Assembly: GCA_050273025.1 (NCBI GenBank) | Contig: CP158635.1 | Coordinates: 5,642,001 to 5,706,000 of the forward strand | Length of the DNA stretch: 64,000 bases | Source of the DNA: Cenococcum geophilum | Lineage: Eukaryota | Direction: 5' to 3' | Shown here: positions 25,201 to 37,891 of the stretch, in pieces | How positions within the stretch are numbered: the stretch's first letter is position 1 | Layout of the letters: the number at the start of each line of letters is the position of its first letter | Translations under genes and position numbers: made by a program | Notes under the pieces: generated by a model | Told to the model about the DNA's origin: nothing | Database searches by the model: none | Seen by the model: the letters and a program-made list of their open reading frames with translations, nothing else

Positions 25201-28200
25201 TAATTTTACCTAGTTCTATAAGCAAAAAGACGTAAAGGTAATAAGGATTTATATAGCGGAGCTAGTAAAACTAGTTAAACAAGATAAGCACTAATAGTTG
25301 CTTAAAGAGCTACCTATAGGCCTAATAGAAGTACTAAACCTATTAAAAAAGTCTTTCCGCTGGCTGGTGGAAGGCGACTATATAATAAAGGAAGCCCATA
25401 AAGCGCTCCCCCCCTATTTCTATAACTTCCTTAAAATAAATCTAAAAACTAAACCCAAGCTTTTATATCGGAAGATAGTCGACACTAATATTAAAAATTT
25501 TTTAAAAGGTAAACCAGGATTAACCCGCAAAGATATTCTATAACGCCTATTAAAGGAGTTTAGTAAATATATTAAGCACTTCCTCCCTAAGAATATAGAT
25601 AAGCTGCCCCCTTACCAACTATAGGACTATAAAATTAAGATCACCCCCGGAAACTAGGCCCCGTACTATAAAAATAGACTACTTTTACCTACTAAACTTA
25701 GGTATATAAAGAAGTAGATTAATAAGATGCTAAATAAGGGTTTTATCCGCGAATTAACCTTACTAGCTACCGCACCACTCCTCCTCGCTACTAAGCCTAG
25801 CGGCGGTATATAAATCTGCTATAACTACTAAGGCCTAAATATAGTTACTATTAAGAATTAATACCTACTGCCACTAATCCGCGAGACACTTGACGCACTT
25901 TATAGCGCTAAGTACTTTACTAAACTTAATATAATTGCTACGTTTAACCGGATTTGGATTGCGGAGGGCTATAAGTGGCTTATAGCATTTATTACCCGGT
26001 TCGGACTCTATAAGATACTAATTACACTATTTGGCCTCTATAACGCACCCGTTACGTTCTAGAACTATATTAACTATATTCTATATAACGCCCTTAATAA
26101 CTACTACACTGCCTATTTTAATGACGTTCTTATCTTTTCTAAAACACGCGCTAAGTATATTAAGTATATAAATAAAGTTATCTAAAGACTCGGTAATGCT
26201 GGACTTCAGATTAATATTAATAAGTTTAAGTTCTACTCTACTAAAACAAAATACCTTGGCTTAATTATCTTAATTAATGGTATAATTATGGACCCTAAGA
26301 AGATATAGGCCTTATAGGAATGGAAGGACCTAACATTAATTAAAGAACTATAATAATTTCTTAGCTTCGCGAACTTCTACCAACAATTTATCTAAGGCTA
26401 CTCTGCTATTGCTATACCTATGATAAAACTTCTAAAGAAGGATATTGGATGGCTATAGGGACTAGAATAAGCTAAATCGTTCAAGGCCCTTAAGGGAGCC
26501 TTTACTTCAGCACCAGTACTAGCATACTATAACTATATAAAGAAAATAGTAGTAGAGATAGACGCATTAAATTGGGCTTCCGGCGGAGTCCTTTCCTAGT
26601 ATAATGACGACGGAAAATTAAAACTGGTTGCATTCTTTTCTATAAAGCACTCCGCGCTGGAATATAACTATAAGATCTATGATAAAGAACTCCTAGCTAT
26701 TATTAAGGCTTTAGAGGAATAGCGTTCTGAGCTGTAAGGGACTAAGGAGCCGTTTAAAATTATTACCGACCATAAAAACCTATAGACGTTTATAACTACT
26801 AAGTAGCTAAACTAGCGCTAAGTCTAGTGGGCAGAGTTTCTTTTATAGTTTAACTTTGTAATTATATATAGACCTAGTAGCAAAGCTACGCTCCCTAATG
26901 CCCTAAGCTAGCTACTAGGAATAAGGCCTAAGGACGCTAATAATAAACGCCTCCGCCACTAAGCCTAAGTTATTATACTACCCTAGAAAGTTAACCCTAT
27001 AATCTTAGAAGAATTACTATATAAGTCCTATAACTCTAATGACGCGGAGTTTATAGCCGCTCTAGACCCTAAAATAGCCAAAAAGTCACTAGATAAGTTA
27101 ATCTAGCTAGGATACTAGGAGAACAAACTCGCAAGAGATATAGTAGCAGCCCTGCGTAATTAAAAAGCTCGCCATTAGCTAAAGAAAATTAGGAAATTAT
27201 TCTATTGCGATAAGTTAGAATATAGTATTATTAACGGACAGATCTACTTCCGCTAATGTCTCTTCGTCCCTAACGCCTTAGACCTCCACCTAAAAGTTAC
27301 TTATCGCTCTTATAGCAGCGGCCTCACTAGTTACCCCAGCCGGGTTAAAACTTTTAACCTCTTAAACTAAATATACTAGTGGCTAGGAATCTCCTAGTTT
27401 ACGGCTACCTTTGTTAAAGACTATGCCCTATACTTTCGCACTAAGACCCCCCATTCTGCCCCACCTGGTTTCCTAAAGCCATTAGAATTACCCGCCCGCC
27501 TGTGGACCAATATCTTAATTAACTATATTATAACGCTACTAGTATACTAACGCTATGGCAAGGTATATAAATATATCCTTATTATTATAGACCGCCTAAC
27601 TAAAATGTAATACCTCGTTTTAGTAACAGGACTCTTAATAGAGGAGTTAGTTAATAGCTTTATTAATAATATATATAAGCTCTATAGTGCACCAAGCATA
27701 ATTATCTCTAATCGCGGTATATAATTTATTAGCGACTTTTAGTAATAACTAAGTAAACGCCTTAAGATAACCTTGCGACTAAGCTTAGCCTAATACCTAG
27801 AAATGGACGGCTAAACCAAAATTATTAACGCCGTTATAAATAAATACCTTTATACTTTTATTAGCTTTATATAGGATAACTAGGTTAACTACCTACTGCT
27901 TACTAAGTTTGCTATAAATAACTAAGTTAATAAGAGTATAGGCATCTCCCTATTTTTTACAAACTATAGCTTTAACCCTCACCTTGGAATTAAGCCTACT
28001 AGCCCCTACCTACTGACACTATTAGTATAAGTAAAGAAGGAGTTCTTCCGCGCAGACTCTATGGCTAACTACTTTAAGCGGATATTAATATAGCTTAAGG
28101 CCCTAGCCCGGATTTCATAGTAACGCTATAAAGATAATACTAATACCTATAGGGATAAGAGCGCGTTATTCTATAAAGGTAATATAGTTATAGTTAGCTT

Positions 28201-29185
28201 AGAAAATATAAAGATAAATAGACCTAAGAAGAAATAGGACGATAAATAGGACGGCCTGTACCCTATACTTATAGTATACTAAGGGGCAGTCATAGTAGAC
28301 CTCCCGGACTACATCTGAGTAAATAAATCCTTTTATATATTTAAGGTCCGCCTCTAAGCTGCTAAAGAGATCCCTAGCTAAGCAAATATTAATACTGTAG
28401 AGCGCCGTAATATACAAGGACGAGTAGTAGAGAGAGATAATAATAGCAATATAGAAGACAAATAGGAGTTTAAGAAAATCCTTAATATATATAACGAAGA
28501 CCCCTAGGGCCTAACTTATAAGATTAAATAGAAATATTATAAGGATACAACCTAGCAGCTAGAGGAAGACCTAAAAGGTTATAAATAAGCTGTATAGCGC
28601 TTCTATAAGCAACACCCTAAGAAGCTAAGACCCCCAGACTAGGCACGAGATAAGGAAAAGTCACGCTAAGGTCGCGGCCGACTACCGCATTAAAATTTGT
28701 GGTGGTTAAGATATTATAGAACTTTAACTAGCGGTTAAAGTTATCTAATTAGCCAAATTCTTGCCAAGAAACGCCATACGGACCGATTTAGGTGGCGGTA
28801 TAGAGTTCTGCCAACCTTACTTACTAAACTAACTAATTAAGATTTTCTATGCCCGGCATAGAAAATCGCTATTAGCTTAGTTAAGGGCGGTAAGTAGAAC
28901 TAATATCTTTACGGTAGAAAATAGGCAACCCTATATACTGCCTATTTTTAAGTTATTTATTTAGTTTAGGGACCAAACTGTTTAGGGGAGAGAAGTACTA
29001 TTACGGCACTAACCTGACGCATACTATTTCATACTATCTCGTACTATTCCCTACTATTGGCTAGCCCACCACTAGCGACTTAGCGGCCGGCCCTACTATT
29101 TATATACAATACCCCCTTTCCACCTTCTTCCCCTCTTTATACCACAACGTAGTTATTCAGTCTACTTTATTGCAGCACTGTGACA
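22272..29185 (+). mobile_element. Ty3/Gypsy (chromovirus-like) family A, full length 6914 bp, RIP-inactivated
   Basis: 187-bp LTRs 22272-22458 and 28999-29185. TSD cctag. PPT ~28984-28998. Remnants of protease LVDSG (~24320), RT, RNase H, integrase and chromodomain (~28460-28610). Confidence 0.96.
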
Positions 29186-30501
29186 CCTAGGGTTAAAGGG
29201 GTCCTATAAATAGAGAATATTATATTAGTAATAAGTTTACTAGAAACTGTAGGTATAGAGTTTATCCTATTAGGAGATATAAACCTCTACTACCCGCGCT
29301 AGGGGGGTATCTATATTACTGCTAAATAATAGGCAAAGTGCCTATTAAGAGCTATAGATATCTAGGGCCTTAAGCTAGCTACCCCCTTAGGAGCAATTAT
29401 ATGGCAATAAGGCACCGTTAAAAGTATAATTAACCTTATATTTATAGACGAAGGCCTATACTAGAGACTTAAAAGGTGTAACCCTAAAGAAGAATAGGCA
29501 CTTGCCTTAAATTATATCCCTATTTAAATATAGCTAGATTTAGACATTAAGGCGTAACTAAGTAGTAAAAGATACGTAATAAGGAAGCTTAAAATAGACA
29601 GTTTCCTTAATATAGTTAAATAATAACTTTAAGACCTAGAAGAAATCTACCTAATACTAAATAAGCGAGGCTTACTGGCTACCCCTAAGGAAATTAACTA
29701 TAGACTAGAAAGGATCTAGGCAGTAATTAAAAATAGGCTAAAAGAGCACTACCTAGTCTTAAAACTAGGCCCCTATATGCAATACGTATAGTCCGTATAA
29801 TACGCGGTTCTTATTACTAGCTAATAATAAGTAAAAAGGAAATATATAAGTAGCTATAACCCTAAAGATAAGAGATAATATATAGATATAAGAAACTAGT
29901 TAAAGAATACCTTAAAAAAAAGTAAGGAATAATTAGAGACGGTTTATAAATAAGTACACTTTTAACCTAAGCCTCCCCTATAATAAGGGCCTTTAGGCTA
30001 TAGTAAAATAGGTAAAGAAAAAGGTAAGACGTTTAGTAAAAGACTTATACCTACTGCCTTTATAAAGAGCAGGGGAATTATAGGCTACTAATAATAATAA
30101 TAAAAAGGCAAAGATCCTTATAGAAAGGTTCTTCCCCTAACCGGCTTTAGTAGACCTTAGTAACATTATAGGTAAAATACTAGTAACTTGCCTATGGGTT
30201 AATAGCGATATAATAATAGAGGAAATGGCTAGAACTATTAGCTGCCTTTTAAATAATATAGTATTAGGACTAGATAGGATCCTAAATAAGGCCTTAAAGA
30301 CCTATAGACTACTTATAGTACCTTAGCTTATAGATATAGCTAGAGTATACTTTACTATAGGCTACTACCCGCAACTTAGAAGATCTATAATAACGGTTAT
30401 TTTATAAAAAGAAGGTAAAGGAGATTCCTTAACCCCAGGAAGCTACCGCCCTATTACCTTAGAAAACACCCTTAGCAAGATTTTAGAAAGGGTAATAGTA
30501 G

Positions 30502-31079
30502 TATTAGGTAACGACAAGGGGCAACGAACGTATATATATTAGTTACCGAGCCGTCAAACCATTCGGTTCAACACTGTACCTTTTTAGCCAGTTGCGTTTG
30601 TTTAGCTCGGTGGGCGATTATTACAGAGTATCGAACCAAATGCGGAGTTCTCCGTGGCTGAGTTTTAGACGCGTCTAGTTATAAGTGCGATTCCAGTTAT
30701 ACATAGAAAAATAATTTTATTCAGCATTGGCCGATCGCGACCCGAGTTACGCCTAGTCCACGTACAATGTCCGATTAAGGGTTACGGCCCATATGGGGTT
30801 CCGACCGTAGCTGCTAGAGGTCGCTAATATATATAAGACGCCTAAGGCACGCGCGCGCCCCTAAGGGAGGCGTTGTTAGGCAAGGGTTCTGACAGGGGCA
30901 ACGTATACGTACGTTGGCGCCCGCGGTCGTGCGCTCCTAAGAAGGGATGCATTGTTAGGTGACGATAAGGGGCACGAACGAACATACATATATTAGTTAC
31001 CGAGCCGTCAAACCATTCGGTTCGACACTGTACCTTTTTGGCTAGTTGCGTTTGTTTGGCTCGGTGGGCGATCGTTATG
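30502..31079 (+). mobile_element. TRIM (terminal-repeat retrotransposon in miniature), 578 bp, inserted in the LINE RT
   Basis: Direct repeats 30502-30625 and 30953-31079. TSD agtag (30497-30501, 31080-31084). Purine tract aagaagggatgcat before the 3' repeat. Non-coding ~327-bp interior. Confidence 0.9.
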
Positions 31080-33162
31080 AGTAGACCACATAGTAGATAC
31101 GGCTGAGGAACACGCCCTACTACTATAAAGCTAAATGGGGGTAAGAAAGAACCGCTTAATATTATTAGCACTTACGCTACTTGCTATCACTATTAAATCT
31201 ATATAGGTAATGTAAAGGGACTTTACAGTATTAATGCTAAGCCTAGATATTAGTAGCGCCTATAATAACGTACCCTATAAGCGCCTCCTATACATCCTTA
31301 GGGTAAAGGGCTTCCTAAAATAGATTATATAATTTATTTAAAGGTTTATAGGTTAAAAAAATTATTACTGGTCTTTAGTAGGTACTAGAGCCCCCCTATT
31401 ATAATTACAACAGAAACACTATAAGGATTACCCCTCTCGTCTATACTCTTCCTTTTCTTTATAAGTAACCTGCTTAACTTCTTTAAGGAAGGGGCAACCT
31501 AGGGGATAAGTTTTGTTAATAATATAAACCTAATTATATACGGGCTAATAGCTGTAGAGAATTATAGAACACTAGAGAAAGCCTATAATACCTATATAGA
31601 ATAGGTAAGATAATACGGAGTTTAATTCTCTCTAGAGAAATACTAGCTAATCTATTTTATAAGAAAACGCAACTAATTTATAGATCTTTAGCATATAATT
31701 TATATTTAAGGCTTTAGGGGTTAACTAGTTTAAGGCCTAAGGGTATTAGGAGTATAGGTAGACAGTAAGCTCTAGTAGAGCGTATATACGTTATAAGCGG
31801 CCCATAAGGACTAAGCTTAGTATATTATAATATCTAGGATTGTTAATTCTATATAAGGTCTATGCTTCTAGAGGTTACGCCTACTATATATAGCAGTTGT
31901 CTAGCTAACTATAACGTATAGATCTAGTATTTAGGCAATAGGAGAATCCGAAAAAAGCCCCCCTAAATTACTCCTTAAACTACTCTAAAAGGTCTAAATA
32001 GCCTGCCTTTAGAGTATAATAGGCGGGTATAAGTAAACGGCTATAGTATTGCTTAAGAAGGAAGCTAATATCCCCCCCCTATAATTATATATTAAAGCCG
32101 CTGTAATATAAAGGGTATAAAAGGAGCGTAACTCTAATATTATAAAGTATATTAATACACGCCTAAACAAACTATAAAGGGACCCTAGGGTGCCCCGCAG
32201 GAGAGTAAACTAAATACCCTAAAGTAGGGAAGATATATTAGAGAAATAGGTAAAGAAAGTAGAAGAAAAATAGTATTATATTAGGGCCTAGGCCTATATA
32301 AAGGAGAAAGGGAGATATATAAGAGGCCAGTAAAGATAATAGCGAGAGAGAGAAAGGAGCTAAAGTAGAGTATAAAAGAGTATTAGGAAACTATCTACTA
32401 TAATATAATACTGGTTAGACCAATACTAAAAAGGTATATAGGAGTTAAAGGTATAAAGGCTAACTTAGGCAAGAGCAACCTAAGCTATAGTATAGTTAAT
32501 ATTATAGGGGGTAAATACCTAGGGGCTCTAAAAAGGTCTAATAAAAGTAGAAAATATAATAGTAACACTTATAAGAACAGGAATAATAGGACTAAAAGAT
32601 TGGCTCTACTAGGTAGGTGTCTTAGTAGGTAGCCTAAGATATAAATATAGCTGGCTAAGATAGACACTAAAACACGTAATACTATTATGCTCCTTATGCA
32701 CTAACTAAAAAGTAATGCTCTTAGTAGCTAGTATAGAGAACTATAATATACTACTCTTAATATAAAAAGGTTTTAAGGCGGTTACCTAGTAGCTTATTAG
32801 CTAAAATATACTAGACTAGTTCTAGGTTATAAAGGAAATAGTAATAAAAGGTAAAGGGGCGAGTAATAGGCGTCCCCTAATAACTCTATAGTAGTAGAGT
32901 AAAGTTTACGATACTAGCGCGTCCGTAGGCTTATTACGGCAGTAGTAGTTCCTAAGAAGGTTAAAAAGAAAGGTAGTAGAGCACTACTGGCAACTTAAAG
33001 GCGCTAAGTAGGCAAGTCCTAAAAGGCGGGGAGATAGATTATAGGGTTTTCTTAAGTTAAGTTTTTCTTAAGTTGAGTTTTCTCTCTATATGTAAATAAG
33101 GAGTAGTTCGCGTAGGCTTAATAGGGATCCAAATCGGACGTTAAGCAATGAATTATTATTAT

Positions 33163-35330
33163 ATATAGCCTTCTGCTTAATTTAGTAAAGGCTTTAATAA
33201 ATACTTTATTAGCTTTAAAGATTAAAATATAAATAAGGCCTTAAGTAAGTCTCTCTTTAGCTTATTATAAGAGTATATATATTAGATCCCGCCGCGCTTA
33301 CGACAAGTTCGCAAGCACTCGATGTCTTTTTGGCTGAATGGCGACGTAGGGGCAGGACACGTTATACTTATTATATTTAATAGTAATCTAACTATAGTAG
33401 TATTATAGCGGACGTATATCTTGTTATTATTCTAGTAGATGTTCTTATTATTAAGCTTTTAGATATATATAAGGTTAGTATAAAAGTTTAGTATAAAGGC
33501 TACTCCTATAAATAGTATCTATTTCTTACCCTTAAGGTAGCTAATTATAACTATAGCTATACTAAATTCTATAATCTCTTCTATATATAAGCCTGCATAA
33601 AGTTAGTCTAAAAAAGGCTTAATATTGCTAATAAATCTAGCTTAATTGTTAAAGACGTATATATTAATTTCTAAGTTAAAAAAAAAGCACTATTATAAAG
33701 CTTATAGTTAGGAGCTATATTATAGATTTCTTTTTAATAACCCGTAAAGGCTCTAGTAGGCTCTTATAAGCTCTAATTACCTCTATCCTTTAGCTTTAAT
33801 TTTAGGTATTATATTCGCAATCTTTTTCCTCTACTTTCTTTTAAAATTTGTTACTTAGTTTAAACTAAAATAGGTAAGGAATTAACTCTACTATATACTA
33901 GCATTTGTTATAGTAGTAATGTTTTCTATATAGGCACTTGTAAGGGTTATTTTAACCCTTACTCTGGTGCATCGCATAAGGGCCGCTTAGGGGTAGCCAA
34001 GGCCTAGCCGAAGGCTAGGCTTGGCACCTCCTTATAAGCACCTCAGGCTTACAGCCCTTCCCTCCTCATCGGTTTGTCTCTGTACTAGGGTATTGCCATA
34101 CCTACTCTTTACCATATCGTCCTCTTCTATCGACTCTCCTTGTGACTCATGCTCGGCTTACCTGCTCCCTACCATATACCTAGGCAATATGCCTTACAGC
34201 ACTTTAGCAGCAGTCGCCTTTTCTTCTTCTACTTATCTACTAACGATTTAGGCTTTAATCTAGGCTTTAAATTTAGCGACTTACTTAACTTATTCTTAAA
34301 AGTAACCATAAAGAATCTTTATAGGTATTTGCCTTTCTAAGTAAGCTCCGTATAACGGTGGTTTTAGTATATTTTAACTAGTTTAAAAAAGCTAAGAAGC
34401 ATCTTCTTCTTCTACTTAAGCCTTTTAAGCTAATTCTTCTAATATTCTAACTAGCTTAATATAATTAAATTAACTATATATATATAAAGTCTTTTATTAA
34501 ACAAATACTATCTACCTTAGGTAGATTTAGTTCCTTATACTTAGTATATACCTTCTCCTACTCCTATAACTAGACTTTAAAGTTTTAGTTCTAAGGCGCT
34601 TTCTTAAGCTTTATATACTAAATAGCGACTTAAAGCTTTTAGGTATTATTAGTTAGAGAAATTCTCTACTTTAGTAACATTAAGGCGTTATAGGTAGTAT
34701 ATATAAATAAGGTAAATACGTAAGATAGAGCTTTAGATTTAACTGCGCAATATATTAAAAGCTAACATTTATTTTCTATATATCTTTATATTATCCCTAT
34801 AGTCTAATTAAAGTATATAAAGTTTCTCCTTTTTATTCTTATCTAGCTTTAAAAGCTTTGTCCTCCGGCTATTAATATCCTTTAGTAAGGCTTAAATAAG
34901 TTCTTTAAGATTTAGTAAATCAGTCTTAGGCATTAATAGGTCGATATATCCTAGAGACGATTGTTATTAGCTTTTAACTTAATAACCTTAATCCATTCGT
35001 TCTAATTATTTAGGCTTGCTAGGATAACGGATAATATAATAACAGGCTTAGTCTCTTGTTCAGAGATTATTATAGGTATCTATAATTAAGACAATAATAG
35101 AAATTAATAGAAATAAAGGCTTTAAATTAAAGATAATGCAGTGGACGGCCCGGGCTTATAACTATTAAATGGACAGTTAGGAATAAGAACTCTATCTTAT
35201 TACAAGAGGCTCTAGAGCCTTACTATATACACTAGATAGGTAGCAAATAGAATAACGACGACGTCGTTATTTAGTTGGTAATATTTAATAGAAACAGGTA
35301 ATAAGACATTCGAAAAGACATACGAAATCA
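33163..35330. other. RIP-degraded AT-rich sequence of unidentified origin (possible decayed gene or TE on the minus strand)
   Basis: Same TpA-rich composition as the neighbouring TEs, but no domain I can recognise. Confidence 0.4.
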
Positions 35331-35450
35331 AGAAAGACAGTACTTAGTCATAAGTTAAGAGACAACTGAGCCATTGTACGTAAATACGATCTAGGTCGAT
35401 AGATAGTAGTACGATGGTAGTAAGGAGATTCGATTTAGGTCGATAGCTAG

Positions 35451-35930
35451 TCTCTGGAGTGTCTCGCAGGAATACAAAGAGTCTTTCTCTAATATGACCA
35501 CCAGCCTCGAAGATCACCTCCAAGATATCGACCGCAGCCTTCGAAGAAAATCCTGCCTAGGATAGAGGATGTCCGCCGAATATACAGCCGACCGCCGGCA
35601 AATACAAGAGGAGCAGGGCAATGTCGAACAATTTTCATCTAAGCAAACGGACAAGGCTCGATCTATTTCCTTTGGAGACGTTTCCGCGGCCGAAGACGCT
35701 TAGCAAGTGATTGTAGCTACGCGTGGAGATTCTATCTCGGCCACGAGGTTACCGCTGGGTTCGAGCATCACAGTAGCTAGGTCAGATGTCTGATGGTGCC
35801 TTACAGCTGCTCTCACAAAATCGAGGAGTGAGTTCGTCTAGCTACACGGGTTCTACAGACAGCATACAGCGGGGTAGGCAGGCGGATACGCAGTTTGAGA
35901 AGCAACGTGAAGGGGGTACAAGCTTACTTG
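35451..35930 (+). pseudogene. Degraded fungal gene, resembling from recall the HeLo-like N-terminal/azaphilone-cluster protein L family
   Basis: Fragments QEYKESFSNMTTSLEDHLQDID and ISFGDVSAAEDA*QVIVATRGDSISA..Q*LGQMSDGALQLLSQNRG. Stops at 35701 and 35774 plus frameshifts. Family assignment is from memory only. Confidence 0.55.
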
Positions 35931-36431
35931 ATGTAGAAATGCATATGCTTTGTATTTGGTGTACTCGACAATGGGCACTCTGATATCGCGGGTTTCAACA
36001 CTCAGCTGAAGACCTTAACTCACCTACTAGCTCAACGCCCCTTGGTTATTCTCGGGGTACTATTTTATATAGACATTTACATTCTTCACAACCCCAGTTC
36101 CTCATTCTGGCAAACTCATAACCTGTTCCATCGCTCAGAGAATAAGCCTTTCACCGACTCCAAGAGAGCCACTCTCAAATTGTTAGGCTGGACTCCTTTT
36201 TTTCTCAAAGTCTCACGCATTTCCTTTACTTTAATCTGAAGAAAATCAATAACTTTGCATTCCTATAAGTCCTATTCACCCACCACACCAAGTGACCAGC
36301 TGAACAAACAATAAGTTGACAAAGAAACCCCTAGACGGACCCATAGCAAACAGTCACAACGTCCACAGGTTGAACATGTGCAATGTGTTCTCAGAACGAC
36401 TATCCAGTCATCGCAACTGCTTCCACCCCTT

Positions 36432-37697
36432 TTACAGTCTGGTTGTCTCCCCTCCATATCGGCTCATGACGCTACTACTGAGCACATTGCCTGAGAGGGC
36501 TATAAGAATCCCGTTAACAAACCGCCATTCCTCCTCGTCTAAAGCCCCTGTTGCCATCAAGCGCTCTACTTCGGTGTCGATTTGGCACTCGATTTGAAGC
36601 TGCAGGGCATATGTCTGACTTATTGCGGCCTCCTCGTCCGAGAGACACATCACTCGTCTGATCATATCAACAGTATTGATAAGGTGCATGACTTTTCCGG
36701 TATCAAAATGATGCTTTTCCTTCTTCCAGGAGCCCAGATCATTCGCTACCGGCACGTGTTTACTAGCGAGGCGTATAAATTTCTCCAGTTTGGGGCTGGC
36801 GATGTCAATGCTAGAACCTAGAGAAAATTTCACACTTGCAAAAACGTATCTGTAATTTTATATTAGTATTAAAACGGACATAGAGTCTGTAGGTGATTCT
36901 TACGGCACTGCGGCATCCTCAATACGATAATCGATAAACTCATCAAAGTCCTTGAATTCTTTTGGGGGGTCAGAGCGGCTCAAAAAGCCCAGTATATGGT
37001 CTATCACTTCCTGCCCGCCATTGCCAGAAATGCTATCCTGATCGTGAAATCCTTTGATTGTGAAGTCGATCAGGGATTGTAAAGCCGACTTAGACTCATT
37101 ACTGGAGTTGAGTTGGTCCTTGCTCCGAGCTATCCGCGGGATAAAGTTGTTCTGCATTTTCACGAGCTATTATCCTTTAGTAAAGAGCTATATCCCAGGA
37201 ATTCCTACTAGGGCTTACATCTGCTCCACCGTGCATCTCCCAACAATCTATGAGTGAGAACAGGTTAGTCTACTTCGAAAATTTGGCTGAGATATAACTC
37301 TCACAGTGGCGGCAATGGAAGTCTCCTACTTACCGTCACTAATATAGACGTAAAACAATGTTGACGCTAATAGTACCGTTCGCTGCTCGTCAGCATAAGG
37401 CCAAAGATACATGAAGAACCTTGCCCATGTATCTTGGACTATTGGCATCTCGCGCTTTGCAAGACCTGCTAGAGATAGTCCGTTGGACTTGAATGATTCC
37501 CCAGCTGTGTTGTCTATGGCAAGCAGCTCAAGCAATTTGGTTATCATCGCAACGCCTGCCTTCCAGTGCTTGGTCTGCTGAATTGTCTTCAAACCCGTCG
37601 CGAGTGGTAGACCAGCCGTTAGCGGGAAGACGCTAATAGAATTTTCACTTTGCAAAATGGACTTATGATTGTCATTCCGGGGCTGTCCGTCGTTCAT
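36432..37697 (-). CDS. Class I terpene cyclase (sesqui-/diterpene synthase), 4 exons: 37697-37334, 37247-37219, 37166-36904, 36849-36432; 357 aa (365 aa if the ATG at 37721 is used)
   Basis: Three GT-AG introns with branch-like sites join into an open 1074-nt frame. The DDxxE motif (DDCWE) is formed across intron 1. Also YRIEDA effector region, NSE motif NDLGSWKKE and C-terminal RY. Confidence 0.9.
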
Positions 37698-37891
37698 TCG
37701 AAGAAATGTTCCTGACTGCATATGCGTATTTATCTTTAGCGGAGGAGGCTTGAGATAAGGGCCCAGATTTCCGATATAGTCATACCAATATCGGATGGGG
37801 CAGATGCATGCTTTATCGGCCACTGGTGTGAGCACATCTAGTAAACATGTCAGGCCATTGAGTAAAGGGAAATATGGCTGTAGTTTTCTAA

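Larger units (their letters stand above)
7448..33162 (+). mobile_element. Tad1-like non-LTR retrotransposon (LINE) fragmented by nested insertions; own segments 7448-8031, 13185-14017, 22237-22271, 29191-30501, 31085-33162
   Basis: After reverting RIP changes: ORF1 Cys/His knuckles (QCYHCVQWGHTQSMC..CGYCAGLH..CANCH, ~7830-7990). Endonuclease IQYNCG/ILAIQEP (~13740-13840) continuing as IINVYNP across insertions. RT SYRPIxLENTLSKILE (~30440-30490), PQGSPLS and FVDD-like (~31415-31525). (ATT)n-like tail ~33152-33162. Confidence 0.85.

Noticed and set aside
4911..28417. Short ORFs at 4911, 17030, 19609, 25298 and 28199 as standalone genes
   Set aside because: Stop-free stretches of RIP-degraded TE ORFs or their antisense strands.
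30842..31171. 109-aa minus-strand ORF
   Set aside because: Crosses the TRIM/LINE junction antisense; no recognisable domain.
34021..34340. 76-aa and 63-aa plus-strand ORFs
   Set aside because: Lie in degraded sequence with no recognisable motifs.
36042..37257. Small ORFs at 36042, 36272, 36316, 36582 and 37054
   Set aside because: Antisense shadows or 3' flank of the terpene cyclase, mostly with non-ATG starts.
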